This document shows, in pieces, positions 9,419 to 19,132 of a stretch of 64,000 nt of DNA. The stretch spans positions 141 to 64,140 of the forward strand of contig JAJQJM010000001.1 of NCBI GenBank assembly GCA_021323475.1, read 5' to 3'. Position 1 is the first letter of the stretch; each line of letters begins with the position of its first letter. Made by a program: the position numbers and the translations under genes. The stretch is from Vampirovibrio sp. (GTDB lineage Bacteria > Cyanobacteriota > Vampirovibrionia > Vampirovibrionales > Vampirovibrionaceae). The notes under the pieces were generated by a model. That model had not been told where the DNA came from, did no database searches, and saw only the letters and a list, made by a program, of their open reading frames with translations.

Positions 9419-10025
9419 TGGCCTTTACAGACACCCAGGGGCTATCCTTAACGTAAAACCGCCAAGGGTAATCCACCGCCTTGGTAATGCCGATTCGCGT
9501 GGTCTGGATTACACCGGCATCAGGAATAGTCTCTCCCTTTGTTAAAAACAGACCGGACCCCATAGCGGTTAAGGGCAATCCGTTAAACTCCTGTCGGGTT
9601 ATATTCAGCGCTTTGGTCAAGCGACCCGGCCCGTTGGTTTTCCAAACCGCATCATCATTCATGGGCTCCAATGCGCGGAATAAAACGGCTCCAGCTTCGC
9701 CATTCGGCTCCGTGACGACATTCAGACAGTCGTACATGCCGTAAATCAGGTACACATAAGCGGTACCCGGCTTTTCATACAGCATTTGAGCCCGGCCTGT
9801 TTTGCGGTTATAGGCATGACAGGCGGGATCATCCGCGGTATAAGCTTCCGTTTCGATGATTTTGCATGTCAGCCATTGATTTTGCTGAGGTAAAAACCTC
9901 ATCAATCGACAGCCCAGCAGTTCTCTTGCCACGGTGACGGTATCCCGCTCAAAGAAAGCTGGAGCCAGCGGCAGGCAATCCGGAAAAAAAATTGGTTTTA
10001 ATTCATTCAAATGGGGCTTACTCAT
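9414..10025 (-). CDS. mpg: DNA-3-methyladenine glycosylase (AAG/MPG family)
   Basis: The ETEAY…DPA(C)HAY…G.TYVY.IYGMY..LN.V pattern is characteristic of the MPG family. Confidence 0.85.
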   Translation of the reverse strand: MSKPHLNELKPIFFPDCLPLAPAFFERDTVTVARELLGCRLMRFLPQQNQWLTCKIIETEAYTADDPACHAYNRKTGRAQMLYEKPGTAYVYLIYGMYDCLNVVTEPNGEAGAVLFRALEPMNDDAVWKTNGPGRLTKALNITRQEFNGLPLTAMGSGLFLTKGETIPDAGVIQTTRIGITKAVDYPWRFYVKDSPWVSVKAK

Positions 10026-11390
10026 ACTTTACAATTCGTATATGCTATATTTACGAGTATCCCCCACGCAACAGTTTGGAGATTTGGGTTGACTGAAAAA
10101 TTGATCATTCACGGCGGTAAGGCACTACGCGGTGAAGTTGAGATTTCGGGTGCCAAGAACTCGGTCCTCAAGTTGATGGCAGCCGCCTTGTTGACTGGAG
10201 ACAGCATTGAACTCAGAAATGTTCCCCATCTGAGTGATGTGGGAGTCATGACCCAAGTTCTCAAACACCTGGGCTGCAACGTGGATCAGCAGGATGACGA
10301 CCGTTTATATATCCAGGCTCGGAATATTACCAGCGTGGAAGCCCCTTATGACCTAGTTCGTAAAATGCGCGCCAGTTTTGACGTGCTGGGCAGCCTGCTG
10401 GGCCGTTTCGGTGAGGCCCGCGTGGCGCTTCCCGGCGGATGCTCCATCGGCAAACGCAGCGTAGACCTGCATGTAAAAGGTTTAATGGCGCTGGGCGCCG
10501 AAGTGGAAATCAACCACGGCTACGTGGAAGCCAAAGCCAGCAAGTTGATTGGCGCGGAAATCCTGCTGGATACCCCCAGCGTGGGCGCCACCGAAAATAT
10601 TATGCTGGCAGCCACCATGGCGGAAGGCTCCACCATTATCTCCAACGCGGCGCAAGAGCCGGAGATTGTGGACTTGGCTAACTTCCTGAACGCAATGGGT
10701 GCGGATATCAGCGGTGCAGGCACCAATGAGCTGGTAATCAACGGCGTTAAACCAGGCATGTTGCATGGCACTACTTACACCGTTATGCCGGACCGCATTG
10801 AAGCCGCCACCTACCTGATGGCCGGCGTGGGCACCCGTGGCGATGTAACCGTAAACAATGTGTTGCCGGTTCATCTCAGCTCGCTGACCCACAAGTTGCA
10901 GGAAATGGGCGCGGATATTCAAATGCCGACCCCCAATACCTTGCGGATTCGTTGCGATCAGCGCCTGCAGGCTCAAAACATCGTGACCCAGCCGTTCCCC
11001 GGCTTCCCAACCGACTTGCAGGCTCCGTTCATGGCACTGCTCTGCACCGCGGATGGCGTGAGCATCGTGAAAGAAACCATTTACGAGAACCGCTTCAAGC
11101 AAGTGGGCGAACTCAAACGCATGGGCGCGGACATTTCCGTTGAGCGCGATGTGGCCGTGATTACTGGCGTTCCCAGCCTGAGTGGCGCGGAAGTGAACGC
11201 ACACGACTTGCGGGCCGGTGCCGCCATGGTGATTGCCGGTGTATTGGCCGAAGGCACGACCCAGGTGTTCGATCTGCACCACATTGACCGCGGCTACGAG
11301 CATATCGTGGAAAAAATGCAGGCCATCGGCGCGGACATTGAGCGGGTTCCCGACACATCGGAGCGTTCCGTTCCCGAAGAAGCGGTCTAA
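10011..11390 (+). CDS. murA: UDP-N-acetylglucosamine 1-carboxyvinyltransferase
   Basis: LIIHGGKALRGEVEISGAKNS and the rest match MurA along its length. The true start is probably the in-frame TTG at 10089 (LTEKLIIHGG), which would avoid overlap with mpg. Confidence 0.9.
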   Translation: MGLTHTLQFVYAIFTSIPHATVWRFGLTEKLIIHGGKALRGEVEISGAKNSVLKLMAAALLTGDSIELRNVPHLSDVGVMTQVLKHLGCNVDQQDDDRLYIQARNITSVEAPYDLVRKMRASFDVLGSLLGRFGEARVALPGGCSIGKRSVDLHVKGLMALGAEVEINHGYVEAKASKLIGAEILLDTPSVGATENIMLAATMAEGSTIISNAAQEPEIVDLANFLNAMGADISGAGTNELVINGVKPGMLHGTTYTVMPDRIEAATYLMAGVGTRGDVTVNNVLPVHLSSLTHKLQEMGADIQMPTPNTLRIRCDQRLQAQNIVTQPFPGFPTDLQAPFMALLCTADGVSIVKETIYENRFKQVGELKRMGADISVERDVAVITGVPSLSGAEVNAHDLRAGAAMVIAGVLAEGTTQVFDLHHIDRGYEHIVEKMQAIGADIERVPDTSERSVPEEAV

Positions 11391-11428
11391 AAAACTCCGG
11401 TTTTGATTCCAGGCAGTAACTTTGGATT

Positions 11429-11800
11429 TTGTGTATGAGCGAAACGTCCAATCCCACAAGTACGCCCCGACGCTGGTATGACCAGGATCCTCTGCTTGCG
11501 GAGGTGCTGGAGTTGCTGCGCTCGTATCCGAACGATGTTCGGGAGCAGGCTCAGAACTTTCTGGCCAAGATTGAAGAACAAATTGGCAAGGAAACGCTCG
11601 AAAAATTCTTTGAAATGGCCCAGCCAGAGAAAACCGGCAACCGCTGGTACGATCAGGACCCAGTGGTGTCCAAGGCCATTGAATTGCTGCGGGTGGTTCC
11701 TCCCGCCGTTCAACGCCAAGCGGCAACCCGGTTCCTGGAATCCATGAAAAAACAGGGCATTTCCCCGGATTTGCTGAAAACGGATTCCGCCAGCAGCTAA
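11429..11800 (+). CDS. hypothetical protein with an internal tandem duplication (RWYDQDP…ELLR motif, twice)
   Basis: 123 aa. The two ~50-aa halves both begin with RWYDQDPL/V. Confidence 0.5.
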   Translation: MCMSETSNPTSTPRRWYDQDPLLAEVLELLRSYPNDVREQAQNFLAKIEEQIGKETLEKFFEMAQPEKTGNRWYDQDPVVSKAIELLRVVPPAVQRQAATRFLESMKKQGISPDLLKTDSASS

Positions 11801-11821
11801 CCTATTTAAATAATCTACTTT

Positions 11822-11858
11822 TTAGGGCATCCTCCACAAAGGATGCCCTAATTTATTG
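11822..11858 (+). terminator. rho-independent terminator
   Basis: TTAGGGCATCCT…AGGATGCCCTAA followed by TTTATT. Confidence 0.7.
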
Positions 11859-11916
11859 GATTTATAGCTGGCCCATCCGCTAGGATGTGATTACGTTGCT
11901 TTAGCAGAAAGACCGT

Positions 11917-12312
11917 TTGATGACCCATCAACCACCCCGATTTGAGGATGCCGTCATGCTTTTTAACCGGCGGCAGTTCTTTGAGTGCCATGAAGTGCTG
12001 GAGGACTTGTGGCGCCCCCTGCCGCCCGGCCCGGAAAAGCAGTTTCTACAAGGGTTATTACAGGTCGGGGTCGGATTTCATCACTTGCTCAACAACAACT
12101 ACGCAGGCGCTAAAAACCTGCTGGGAGCCGGATTAGACAAACTGGAATCCGTCGAAGCCAATCCCCAGGGATATACCCCGCCCATTTCTTTGTCTCCCAT
12201 CATTAAAACGAGCCAAAAGGCATTACAAACCGTGCTTGAACTCGGCACTGAGCGTTTAAATGAATTTCCAGAGGCGCTTATGCCTGTTATCCAGCCTCAG
12301 GTTAAACCGTAA
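11917..12312 (+). CDS. DUF309 family protein
   Basis: FNRRQFFECHEVLEDLWR…QGLLQVGVGFHHLLNNNYAGAKNLL matches the DUF309 signature. Confidence 0.6.
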   Translation: MMTHQPPRFEDAVMLFNRRQFFECHEVLEDLWRPLPPGPEKQFLQGLLQVGVGFHHLLNNNYAGAKNLLGAGLDKLESVEANPQGYTPPISLSPIIKTSQKALQTVLELGTERLNEFPEALMPVIQPQVKP

Positions 12313-12350
12313 GATCGGCAGAAGGCCTAATTAATCGGACATAACCGAAT

Positions 12351-12386
12351 AAAAGCCCCTGCCGAAAGTCTACGGCAGGGGCTTTT
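12351..12386. terminator. bidirectional terminator
   Basis: 14-bp perfect stem AAAAGCCCCTGCCG/CGGCAGGGGCTTTT between convergent genes. Confidence 0.75.
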
Positions 12387-12406
12387 AAATGTAATACGCT
12401 ATATGC

Positions 12407-13003
12407 TTACTTCAAGCGGGCTTCAACAACTTTCCAGTCGATGTTGCGGAAGAAGGCATCAATGTACTTGGCGCGCTCGGTGGGTTTGTAATCCACGGTG
12501 TAAGCGTGTTCCCAAACGTCCATCACCAGAATGGGAATGAATCCAGCCGGGTGGCCGTTTTCATGGTCGGTGATCCAGAAGTTTTGCAGGCGGCCGGTGA
12601 AGGGATCCTGGTACAGAATGGCCCAGCCAATACCGCGCATTGCGCCGGTCGCGCGGAAGTCCTTCTCGAATGCTTCCACGCTGCCGAATGCTTCTTTCAG
12701 CAGGTCAGCCAGTTTACCACTGGTAGGAACGGAACCACCGTTGGCGGTCATGTTCTCGAAGTAGTATTCGTGCAGGCGCATCCCGGCATATTCGAAGCCA
12801 AAGCGACGACGCAGTTCATTATACTCGGGGGTACCGACGGTACCGGCTGCAAGCATTGCGCTCAGCTTGTCGTTCAAGGTGTTGGTATTGGTTACATAAC
12901 CTTGGTACAGCTTGTAGTGCTGTTCAAGCTGCTCGGCGGAAATGCCGTCGAGTTGCAGATTAAACGTTTTTGCCTCGTAAGGTTTCAATTGGGTCACAGG
13001 CAT
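12407..13003 (-). CDS. Fe/Mn-family superoxide dismutase
   Basis: DVWEHAYTVDYKPTERAKYIDAFFRNIDWKVVEARL is the canonical Fe/Mn-SOD C-terminus. Confidence 0.9.
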   Translation of the reverse strand: MPVTQLKPYEAKTFNLQLDGISAEQLEQHYKLYQGYVTNTNTLNDKLSAMLAAGTVGTPEYNELRRRFGFEYAGMRLHEYYFENMTANGGSVPTSGKLADLLKEAFGSVEAFEKDFRATGAMRGIGWAILYQDPFTGRLQNFWITDHENGHPAGFIPILVMDVWEHAYTVDYKPTERAKYIDAFFRNIDWKVVEARLK

Positions 13004-13150
13004 GACGCTCTCCTCTCTAAATCAGTTGAGATAATACAGAAAACCTGTTCGTTGTTAGGCGCACTATAGCACAAACACGGCCTCTTGTCCTTGCGTACGG
13101 CCGAGCTAGGACGAGCTTTTGTCCGAGAATTCGAATGACTCGTTTTAATT

Positions 13151-14026
13151 TTACTGTTGAATGCCCAAACGGCGCTTATACAGCTCTAATGTATTGGCCA
13201 TCAGGGTGGCTATCGTCATGGGGCCGACACCTCCCGGCACCGGGGTGATAAAGCTCGCGGTCTCGGCGGCGCTGTCAAAGTCCACATCCCCGACTAACTT
13301 GCCATCCAGGCGATTAATACCGACATCCACGACCACGGCCCCCGGCTTGATGAAGTCCGCCGTGACCATTTTCGGCACCCCGACCGCCGCCACCAGAATA
13401 TCCGCCTGGCGGGTAATAGCAGCCAGATCGGCGGTTTTACTGTGGCAATAGCTTACGGTGGCATTTTCTTGCAACAACAGCATGCCCATTGGCTTACCCA
13501 CAATGTTGGATCGCCCCAGCACTACCGCATGCCTGCCCGCCATTGGTATATTGTAGGCTTTTAATAGTGTAATCACGCCCGCCGGGGTGCAAGGTTTGCA
13601 GGCAGACGGATCACCGGTCATCAGTAACCCAAGGTTCAACGGGTGCAAACCGTCCACATCCTTCCTGGGATCCACGGTGGTGATAATGTCCAGCGTGTTG
13701 ATATGCTTGGGCAGCGGCAACTGCACCAAGATACCGTGTACCGTGTCATCCGCGTTCAATTTGCGAATGACGCTCACCAATTCCTCTTGACTGGTCTGGG
13801 CCGGAAAGGTCAGCACCTCGGACAACATGCCGATTTTTACGGCCATTTTGGCTTTTTTACCCACATACACCTGACTGGCCGGGTCATCCCCCACCAACAC
13901 AACCACCAGCTTGGGCAATACCGGCTGACTGGCGGCGAGCATCCGTAATTCTTCGCCTAGCGAAGTCACCAGTTGCTGGGAAGTCAGTTTTCCATCCAGA
14001 ATTTGAGCGGTGATTGATTGAGTCAT
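13151..14026 (-). CDS. folD: bifunctional methylenetetrahydrofolate dehydrogenase/cyclohydrolase
   Basis: The start is set at MTQSITAQILDGK. KLVVVLVGDDPASQVYVGKKAK and VGRSNIVGKPM are FolD motifs. The ORF extends upstream to 14143. Confidence 0.9.
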   Translation of the reverse strand: MTQSITAQILDGKLTSQQLVTSLGEELRMLAASQPVLPKLVVVLVGDDPASQVYVGKKAKMAVKIGMLSEVLTFPAQTSQEELVSVIRKLNADDTVHGILVQLPLPKHINTLDIITTVDPRKDVDGLHPLNLGLLMTGDPSACKPCTPAGVITLLKAYNIPMAGRHAVVLGRSNIVGKPMGMLLLQENATVSYCHSKTADLAAITRQADILVAAVGVPKMVTADFIKPGAVVVDVGINRLDGKLVGDVDFDSAAETASFITPVPGGVGPMTIATLMANTLELYKRRLGIQQ

Positions 14027-14179
14027 GGGCAAGTTCGTTTCCTTATGGGGATCAGGAGGGCACTCTGCAGCTATTGTCGCCGGAAGGCAAAGCCGCCGCA
14101 AGTGAGTTATGCAAGCCGGCAAATACAGAAAAGGACGGCTCATACCGTCCTTTTCCAGATATTTTATAGACCTGCCGGT

Positions 14180-15541
14180 TTAAACCGGGATTGGCTCGGG
14201 CAAGGATTCCGGGGTTTCCTCTTCCTCTTCGAACACTTCATCCTCGGTGCCGAAGACCAGCATCTTCTGGTCATCGAACACGCCTTCCCAGCGGGCGACG
14301 ACAGCGGAGGCCACACAGTTGCCCATCAGGTTGATGGAGGTACGGCCCATATCCAGGAAGTGATCGATCCCCAAGATAACGGCCACCCCTTCAATCGGCA
14401 AATTAAATGCGGTTAAAGTAGCCGCCAGCACCACCAAAGACGCTTTCGGCACCGCTGCAACCCCTTTCGTGGTCAGAATCAAGGTTACCAGCATCAGGAC
14501 TTGCTGTTGCAGGCTCATTTCAATACCGGCCATTTGGGCTACAAACAACGCGGCCAAAGCCACATACAGCGTACTGCCATCCAGGTTAAAGCTATAGCCG
14601 GTCGGCATGACAAAGCTGACCACGCTTTTAGGCACTCCAAAGCGTTCCATCACTTCCATGGCCTTGGGCAAGGCGGATTCACTGCTGGCCGTGGAGAACG
14701 CCAGCAGGAAGGGTTCCTTAATGGCTTTCATCAGGCGAATAAATGGAATTTTGGCGATGGAGCAGGCCGTAAACAGAACCATGCCGATAAACAACGCCAA
14801 CGCCAGATACAACGCGCCAACCAGCTTGGCATAAACCACCAGCACGCCCAGGCCATTGGCAGCCACGGTGGCGGATACCGCCGCCATAACCCCCAACGGG
14901 GCAAAGGCCATCACCTTGTTTACGAATTCAAACATGATATCGGAGACAGACTGAAGCAACCGCAGCACGGGCTTGGCCTTGTCTCCGGCGCTAATGATAG
15001 CCAGGGCGAAGAATACGGAGAACACCACAATCTGTAACACGTCGCCGCGCGCCATGGCATCAATCACGCTATGCGGGATCAGGTGCTGCAAAGTGTCCCA
15101 AATCGTGTGTTCCTGCACAGTGCCAATGTTATTGGTAATCGCCCCCAACTGGGCAGCCCCTTTGGCGGCCAGCGCTTTCATATCAACGCCGTCGCCCGGC
15201 CGAAGCCAATTGGCAACCGCCATACCGATAATCAAGGCCGGAATCGTTGCCAGCTCAAAATAAAGCAGGGTTTTTGCCCCCAGGCGTCCCAAGTTTTTAT
15301 GGTTTCCGGTACCCGCAATGCCAATGACCAGCGTGGCGAAAATCAAGGGCGCAATCAGCATCTTAATCATGCTGAGGAACATGCTCGATATGGTCTGGAA
15401 CATCGGGTCGGTAAACAGTCGCACCGGTGATTTCACATCCGGAAAGAAGTGCCACAGGAAGGTACCGATACCTACCCCAAGGATCATCCCGGCAATGACC
15501 TGCCCAACCAGACTTGGTTTTTTCAGTTTCGGAAATGCCAT
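14180..15541 (-). CDS. dicarboxylate/amino acid:cation symporter (DAACS/GltP family)
   Basis: Multi-TM protein with the characteristic SSESALP-like motif (STASSESALPKAMEVME). The start is set at MAFPKLKK; the ORF extends to 15667. Confidence 0.8.
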   Translation of the reverse strand: MAFPKLKKPSLVGQVIAGMILGVGIGTFLWHFFPDVKSPVRLFTDPMFQTISSMFLSMIKMLIAPLIFATLVIGIAGTGNHKNLGRLGAKTLLYFELATIPALIIGMAVANWLRPGDGVDMKALAAKGAAQLGAITNNIGTVQEHTIWDTLQHLIPHSVIDAMARGDVLQIVVFSVFFALAIISAGDKAKPVLRLLQSVSDIMFEFVNKVMAFAPLGVMAAVSATVAANGLGVLVVYAKLVGALYLALALFIGMVLFTACSIAKIPFIRLMKAIKEPFLLAFSTASSESALPKAMEVMERFGVPKSVVSFVMPTGYSFNLDGSTLYVALAALFVAQMAGIEMSLQQQVLMLVTLILTTKGVAAVPKASLVVLAATLTAFNLPIEGVAVILGIDHFLDMGRTSINLMGNCVASAVVARWEGVFDDQKMLVFGTEDEVFEEEEETPESLPEPIPV

Positions 15542-15894
15542 TCCCACAGTCTCAACTCTCCTCCGAATTGTACTGTTCATCAGTGGGTTGTTTAAAGCAG
15601 AGCGCCATGACCATCCTTTTCTAGTTCGTGCTTTATTAACGCCACTCATAAAATAAACGTGCGCCAAATTAGCCGTTTATTTTTTGTGCCTGAACAGTAG
15701 AAATACTACAAACCAAAAATTATTCCCCTTGTACCGTAACCATAAAGCTTTGTAAACAACCAATCTTGCCGAAAAGCGTTATCATGCGGGCTTTTGCCTG
15801 AAATAACACATTTGAACCCGTAAAGAATTGAAGTTCTTTTCGGAATTGCCGAAGCATTCTCTACACCGTGATCACCTGAGAGGAGACGCCTTCC

Positions 15895-17904
15895 GTGAAA
15901 CTTTGGCCATTTTCCAAAAAGTCTGAAGCGCCGATGGACTTCGAACGCAAGTTTGAGTTACCTCCAGGCGTCATGCTGGCGTCCCCGGATGAGCCCGAAC
16001 CGGCCTCTGAGCCTCCAACGACAGCACCCGGACGTTATGACGCCATGCATTCCGAAGAAGCCGCCGTTCCAAACGAACCCACCGTTCAGCAAGAAATCTC
16101 CACCGTTCTACCAGAAGAGCCGGAAGCCAAGCCAGACTTGCCACAATTTTTCGAGCAGAATCAATTGGAATTTGTCTCTCAAGCCCAGCAGGCAGAGCAT
16201 CTTACCTCCCCTACCGGGCAAACCGAGGCTCCACTTTCCATCCCACTGCCCAAAGACGCTATTTACCAGGAAATCAACAATTCCCTTACCGCCATGGCCG
16301 ATACACCGCCATCAGTGGAAGCATCTTTGTTCAGCCCTCTAAGCAATACGCCGCCCATAACGCCCCTGCCGACTGACGCGCCTTCAGTCATGGACTTTGG
16401 GCTAAGCGAGCCCGGAAAAACTTCAGCCCAAACCACCTCGCAGCCAATCCCTCAACCCGTTGCGGAAGAGGCGGACGACGCGTTCCTGTTTATGCCGGAG
16501 GGAGCGGCCCCAAAATCGCTACTGCCGGAACCTGCCCAAACGGAACCTTTCAATCTGGATATGCTGGTGCCTCCTCCGTTTAACCCCACGGAACCCATTG
16601 CCGGCCCCATGGATCCCTTTAGCCAACCAGGCACTCTAACCGAGCCAGGCACTATGACAGACTTGTTCTATCCTGCAGAGGCATCCACCCTGCCCAGGGA
16701 TGGAGAAGCAGGCGCTCTGTGCGACCTGTCCGACTCATTCCTGTCTGAAACAGCCGATCCGATGCTGCCAATGGAAATACCGGCGGATATGGATGCGTTT
16801 TTCTCTGAAGAAGCGCCGTCTCTTTCCGTATTGGACGGGGAACCCCAGAATGCGCAGGCCCTTCTGGATGAATTGCTGAAAAGCCCGGAATTTCAGCAGT
16901 CGGAACATCAAGAGGCGGAAAGCTTGTCGCAGATCCAGCCTGAATCCAGCCTGGTCGAATCAGAGCCGGAATACCAAAGCCCGACTGGAACAGTTCCGGT
17001 TCAAGAGGACTCCACGGACTTTTTCGCCGCAACGTTTGAATCCATGGATGGTTTTGATTCGTTTGCATGTACGGATAACCTGTTCATGAATCCCGACCCG
17101 GCGGCAAGCGAACCCGGTAACCTACACCGCGAAAACCCGGCCATGCCCGAAGCCGAGTTTGGATACTCCGGCCTTTCCTCCGATTTCGCTCAGGAAAACG
17201 AAACTTCATATGGTGCTTTGCCATCAGAGGAAGAAGTCTCGTTTATGGAAGAACCGGCGCAGGATTTTAATACGTACACCGAGGAAACCTATTTTGATGA
17301 AGATATGGTTGGCGATGCCGAATTGAATAGCGAAGTCTCTTCCTATGACTATGGCCACTATGACGATCCGGACGATCCGGCCAGCGTCATTTCACTGGGC
17401 GAGCCCGCCTACGGGCAGACTGATGAGGCCACAGAGGAAGACGCTCCCGATTTGGACGCTTTAATGGCCTCTTTAACCCAAGCCAGAACGCCGGAATGCC
17501 CCGAAGTCCATGAGATTGCGGCCGCTACGGCCTCCCCGCCAGAGCCGGAAATATTCATGGAAACCGCCCCGAAGGCCGAAACGTTTGCCAGAGAGGAAGC
17601 CCCCTTCAAGGAGCCCGAAGCCGCATACCATCCAGCGGCTCCCTTGCCGGTAAAGCCGCAGAGCAGGCCATTGGCCGCACCCCAAGCCGCAGCTTCCAAA
17701 AAGGCGACTCCTATGCAGACCCATTCTTCCAAACCTGCGGCAAAACCCGCTCCGCGACCCAGACACTATAATGAATCCATTGCTGATGCCCTGGAAAGTT
17801 TTGAGGAAGAAATTATGTTGCAGAACAATCGATTCTTCCGAAACAGCATCAACAACCTGGTCGATCAGTATTTTGCCCAGCAGGAACCGGAAGACTCCTA
17901 CTGA
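15895..17904 (+). CDS. large hyperacidic Pro/Glu-rich low-complexity protein
   Basis: 669 aa. GTG start with a GAGGAG RBS. Extreme D/E/P content with only a short non-repetitive C-terminal segment. Confidence 0.6.
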   Translation: MKLWPFSKKSEAPMDFERKFELPPGVMLASPDEPEPASEPPTTAPGRYDAMHSEEAAVPNEPTVQQEISTVLPEEPEAKPDLPQFFEQNQLEFVSQAQQAEHLTSPTGQTEAPLSIPLPKDAIYQEINNSLTAMADTPPSVEASLFSPLSNTPPITPLPTDAPSVMDFGLSEPGKTSAQTTSQPIPQPVAEEADDAFLFMPEGAAPKSLLPEPAQTEPFNLDMLVPPPFNPTEPIAGPMDPFSQPGTLTEPGTMTDLFYPAEASTLPRDGEAGALCDLSDSFLSETADPMLPMEIPADMDAFFSEEAPSLSVLDGEPQNAQALLDELLKSPEFQQSEHQEAESLSQIQPESSLVESEPEYQSPTGTVPVQEDSTDFFAATFESMDGFDSFACTDNLFMNPDPAASEPGNLHRENPAMPEAEFGYSGLSSDFAQENETSYGALPSEEEVSFMEEPAQDFNTYTEETYFDEDMVGDAELNSEVSSYDYGHYDDPDDPASVISLGEPAYGQTDEATEEDAPDLDALMASLTQARTPECPEVHEIAAATASPPEPEIFMETAPKAETFAREEAPFKEPEAAYHPAAPLPVKPQSRPLAAPQAAASKKATPMQTHSSKPAAKPAPRPRHYNESIADALESFEEEIMLQNNRFFRNSINNLVDQYFAQQEPEDSY

Positions 17905-17987
17905 GGAGCGGGTCATTTGCCCGGCATCCGATGATTTCCCATCTATCTTTGACCCATCGTTATATTATAATGAGCGTGTTGTAGCAG

Positions 17988-18425
17988 ATGATGGAAGGCA
18001 AACCCATGACTCCCACCGGAAACCTGACGGATACCGCCCCGCAGGATCGTTCAATTTATTCTGAGAAACCCGCCCTGGAAGTATTCAACAATCCCAACCC
18101 CAGCCGGAATTACACCAACTCCATCGAGGTCGCCGAATTCACCTCGGTGTGCCCCAAAACCGGCCTGCCGGACTTCGGCACCATCAACATCGATTACGTG
18201 GCGGATCAGACCTGCCTGGAATTGAAATCGCTGAAATATTACTTCCTCAGCTTCCGCAACCGGGGCATTTTTTATGAGGCCGTGGTCAACGAGATTCTGG
18301 ATGACCTGGTAGCCGCTTGCGAACCCCGCTTCATGGAAATTACCGGAGAATTTACCGCACGGGGCGGACTCTCCAGCACTATTACAGCCACCTACCGCAA
18401 AGAAGGTTTTGAATTCCAGCCATGA
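17988..18425 (+). CDS. queF: NADPH-dependent 7-cyano-7-deazaguanine reductase
   Basis: EFTSVCPKTGLPDFGTINIDY and the rest match type-I QueF. Confidence 0.85.
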   Translation: MMEGKPMTPTGNLTDTAPQDRSIYSEKPALEVFNNPNPSRNYTNSIEVAEFTSVCPKTGLPDFGTINIDYVADQTCLELKSLKYYFLSFRNRGIFYEAVVNEILDDLVAACEPRFMEITGEFTARGGLSSTITATYRKEGFEFQP

Positions 18426-19111
18426 ACAAGCAAAAGAAAATCCTGCTTTCGGCGCTGGCAGGGGTTCTCCTGCTAGCCTTCCTGTTTGGGGCCAATCCCT
18501 TTCAATCTCCCGGTGAAAGCGCGGCCCGCCAAAAGCTGGATCATTTGCTGGGGCAAGCGGATGAGAGCTTGCCAAACCTGGATTCCGAACAGCAAGCGGA
18601 ACAGCAATCCCAACCACCGGAGCAGGAGCCTTCAGCGGGCCTGCCCGGCCTTCAGGGGGGCAGCTTCTTCGGGATGCCTATGCCGCTTTCCGGGGCAGGT
18701 GTGGATGTGCAGGAGTTGTCCGATAAATATGTGCTGCGGGTTCCCCTGGCTGACCCGCAAGACGCCAGCAGCGTAAAGCTGAATGTCAGCCCGCACCGGA
18801 TTGAGATATCCGGCCAGACCGGTTCCAAGCGAGACGGGGCTTCCATCACATCCAGCTTCATGCAGTCGTTCAGCACGTCGCAGGAGGTTGTACCGGATCG
18901 TATCAGCAAAAGAACCGAACAAAACGGGGATGAGGCGGAACTGGTCATTACCATTCCCAAAAAGCGGAACGCCCCAGCCGATGAAGAGATTCCCGGACTG
19001 AACGGCCCTGACTCGGCAGGAAACCAGAACGAATTGCCGTCTGATGAAAACACCATTCCAAGGGATCCCAACGCCAATCCGCTGGATGGCGTGGAAAACA
19101 AAGTGATTTAG
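18422..19111 (+). CDS. secreted Hsp20/alpha-crystallin-like domain protein
   Basis: N-terminal signal peptide (KKILLSALAGVLLLAFLFGA). The central domain carries IEISG and AELVITIPK motifs like the alpha-crystallin domain. The start overlaps the queF stop (ATGA). Confidence 0.5.
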   Translation: MNKQKKILLSALAGVLLLAFLFGANPFQSPGESAARQKLDHLLGQADESLPNLDSEQQAEQQSQPPEQEPSAGLPGLQGGSFFGMPMPLSGAGVDVQELSDKYVLRVPLADPQDASSVKLNVSPHRIEISGQTGSKRDGASITSSFMQSFSTSQEVVPDRISKRTEQNGDEAELVITIPKKRNAPADEEIPGLNGPDSAGNQNELPSDENTIPRDPNANPLDGVENKVI

Positions 19112-19132
19112 ACGCTAATTCAGCCGCAAGAT

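Noticed and set aside
10482-11726. 414-aa minus-strand ORF
   Set aside because: It is antisense to murA, whose homology is unambiguous on the + strand. It is a shadow ORF.
14501-15037. 178-aa plus-strand ORF
   Set aside because: It is antisense to the DAACS symporter gene. The His/Gln/Gly/Arg-rich translation is a shadow frame.
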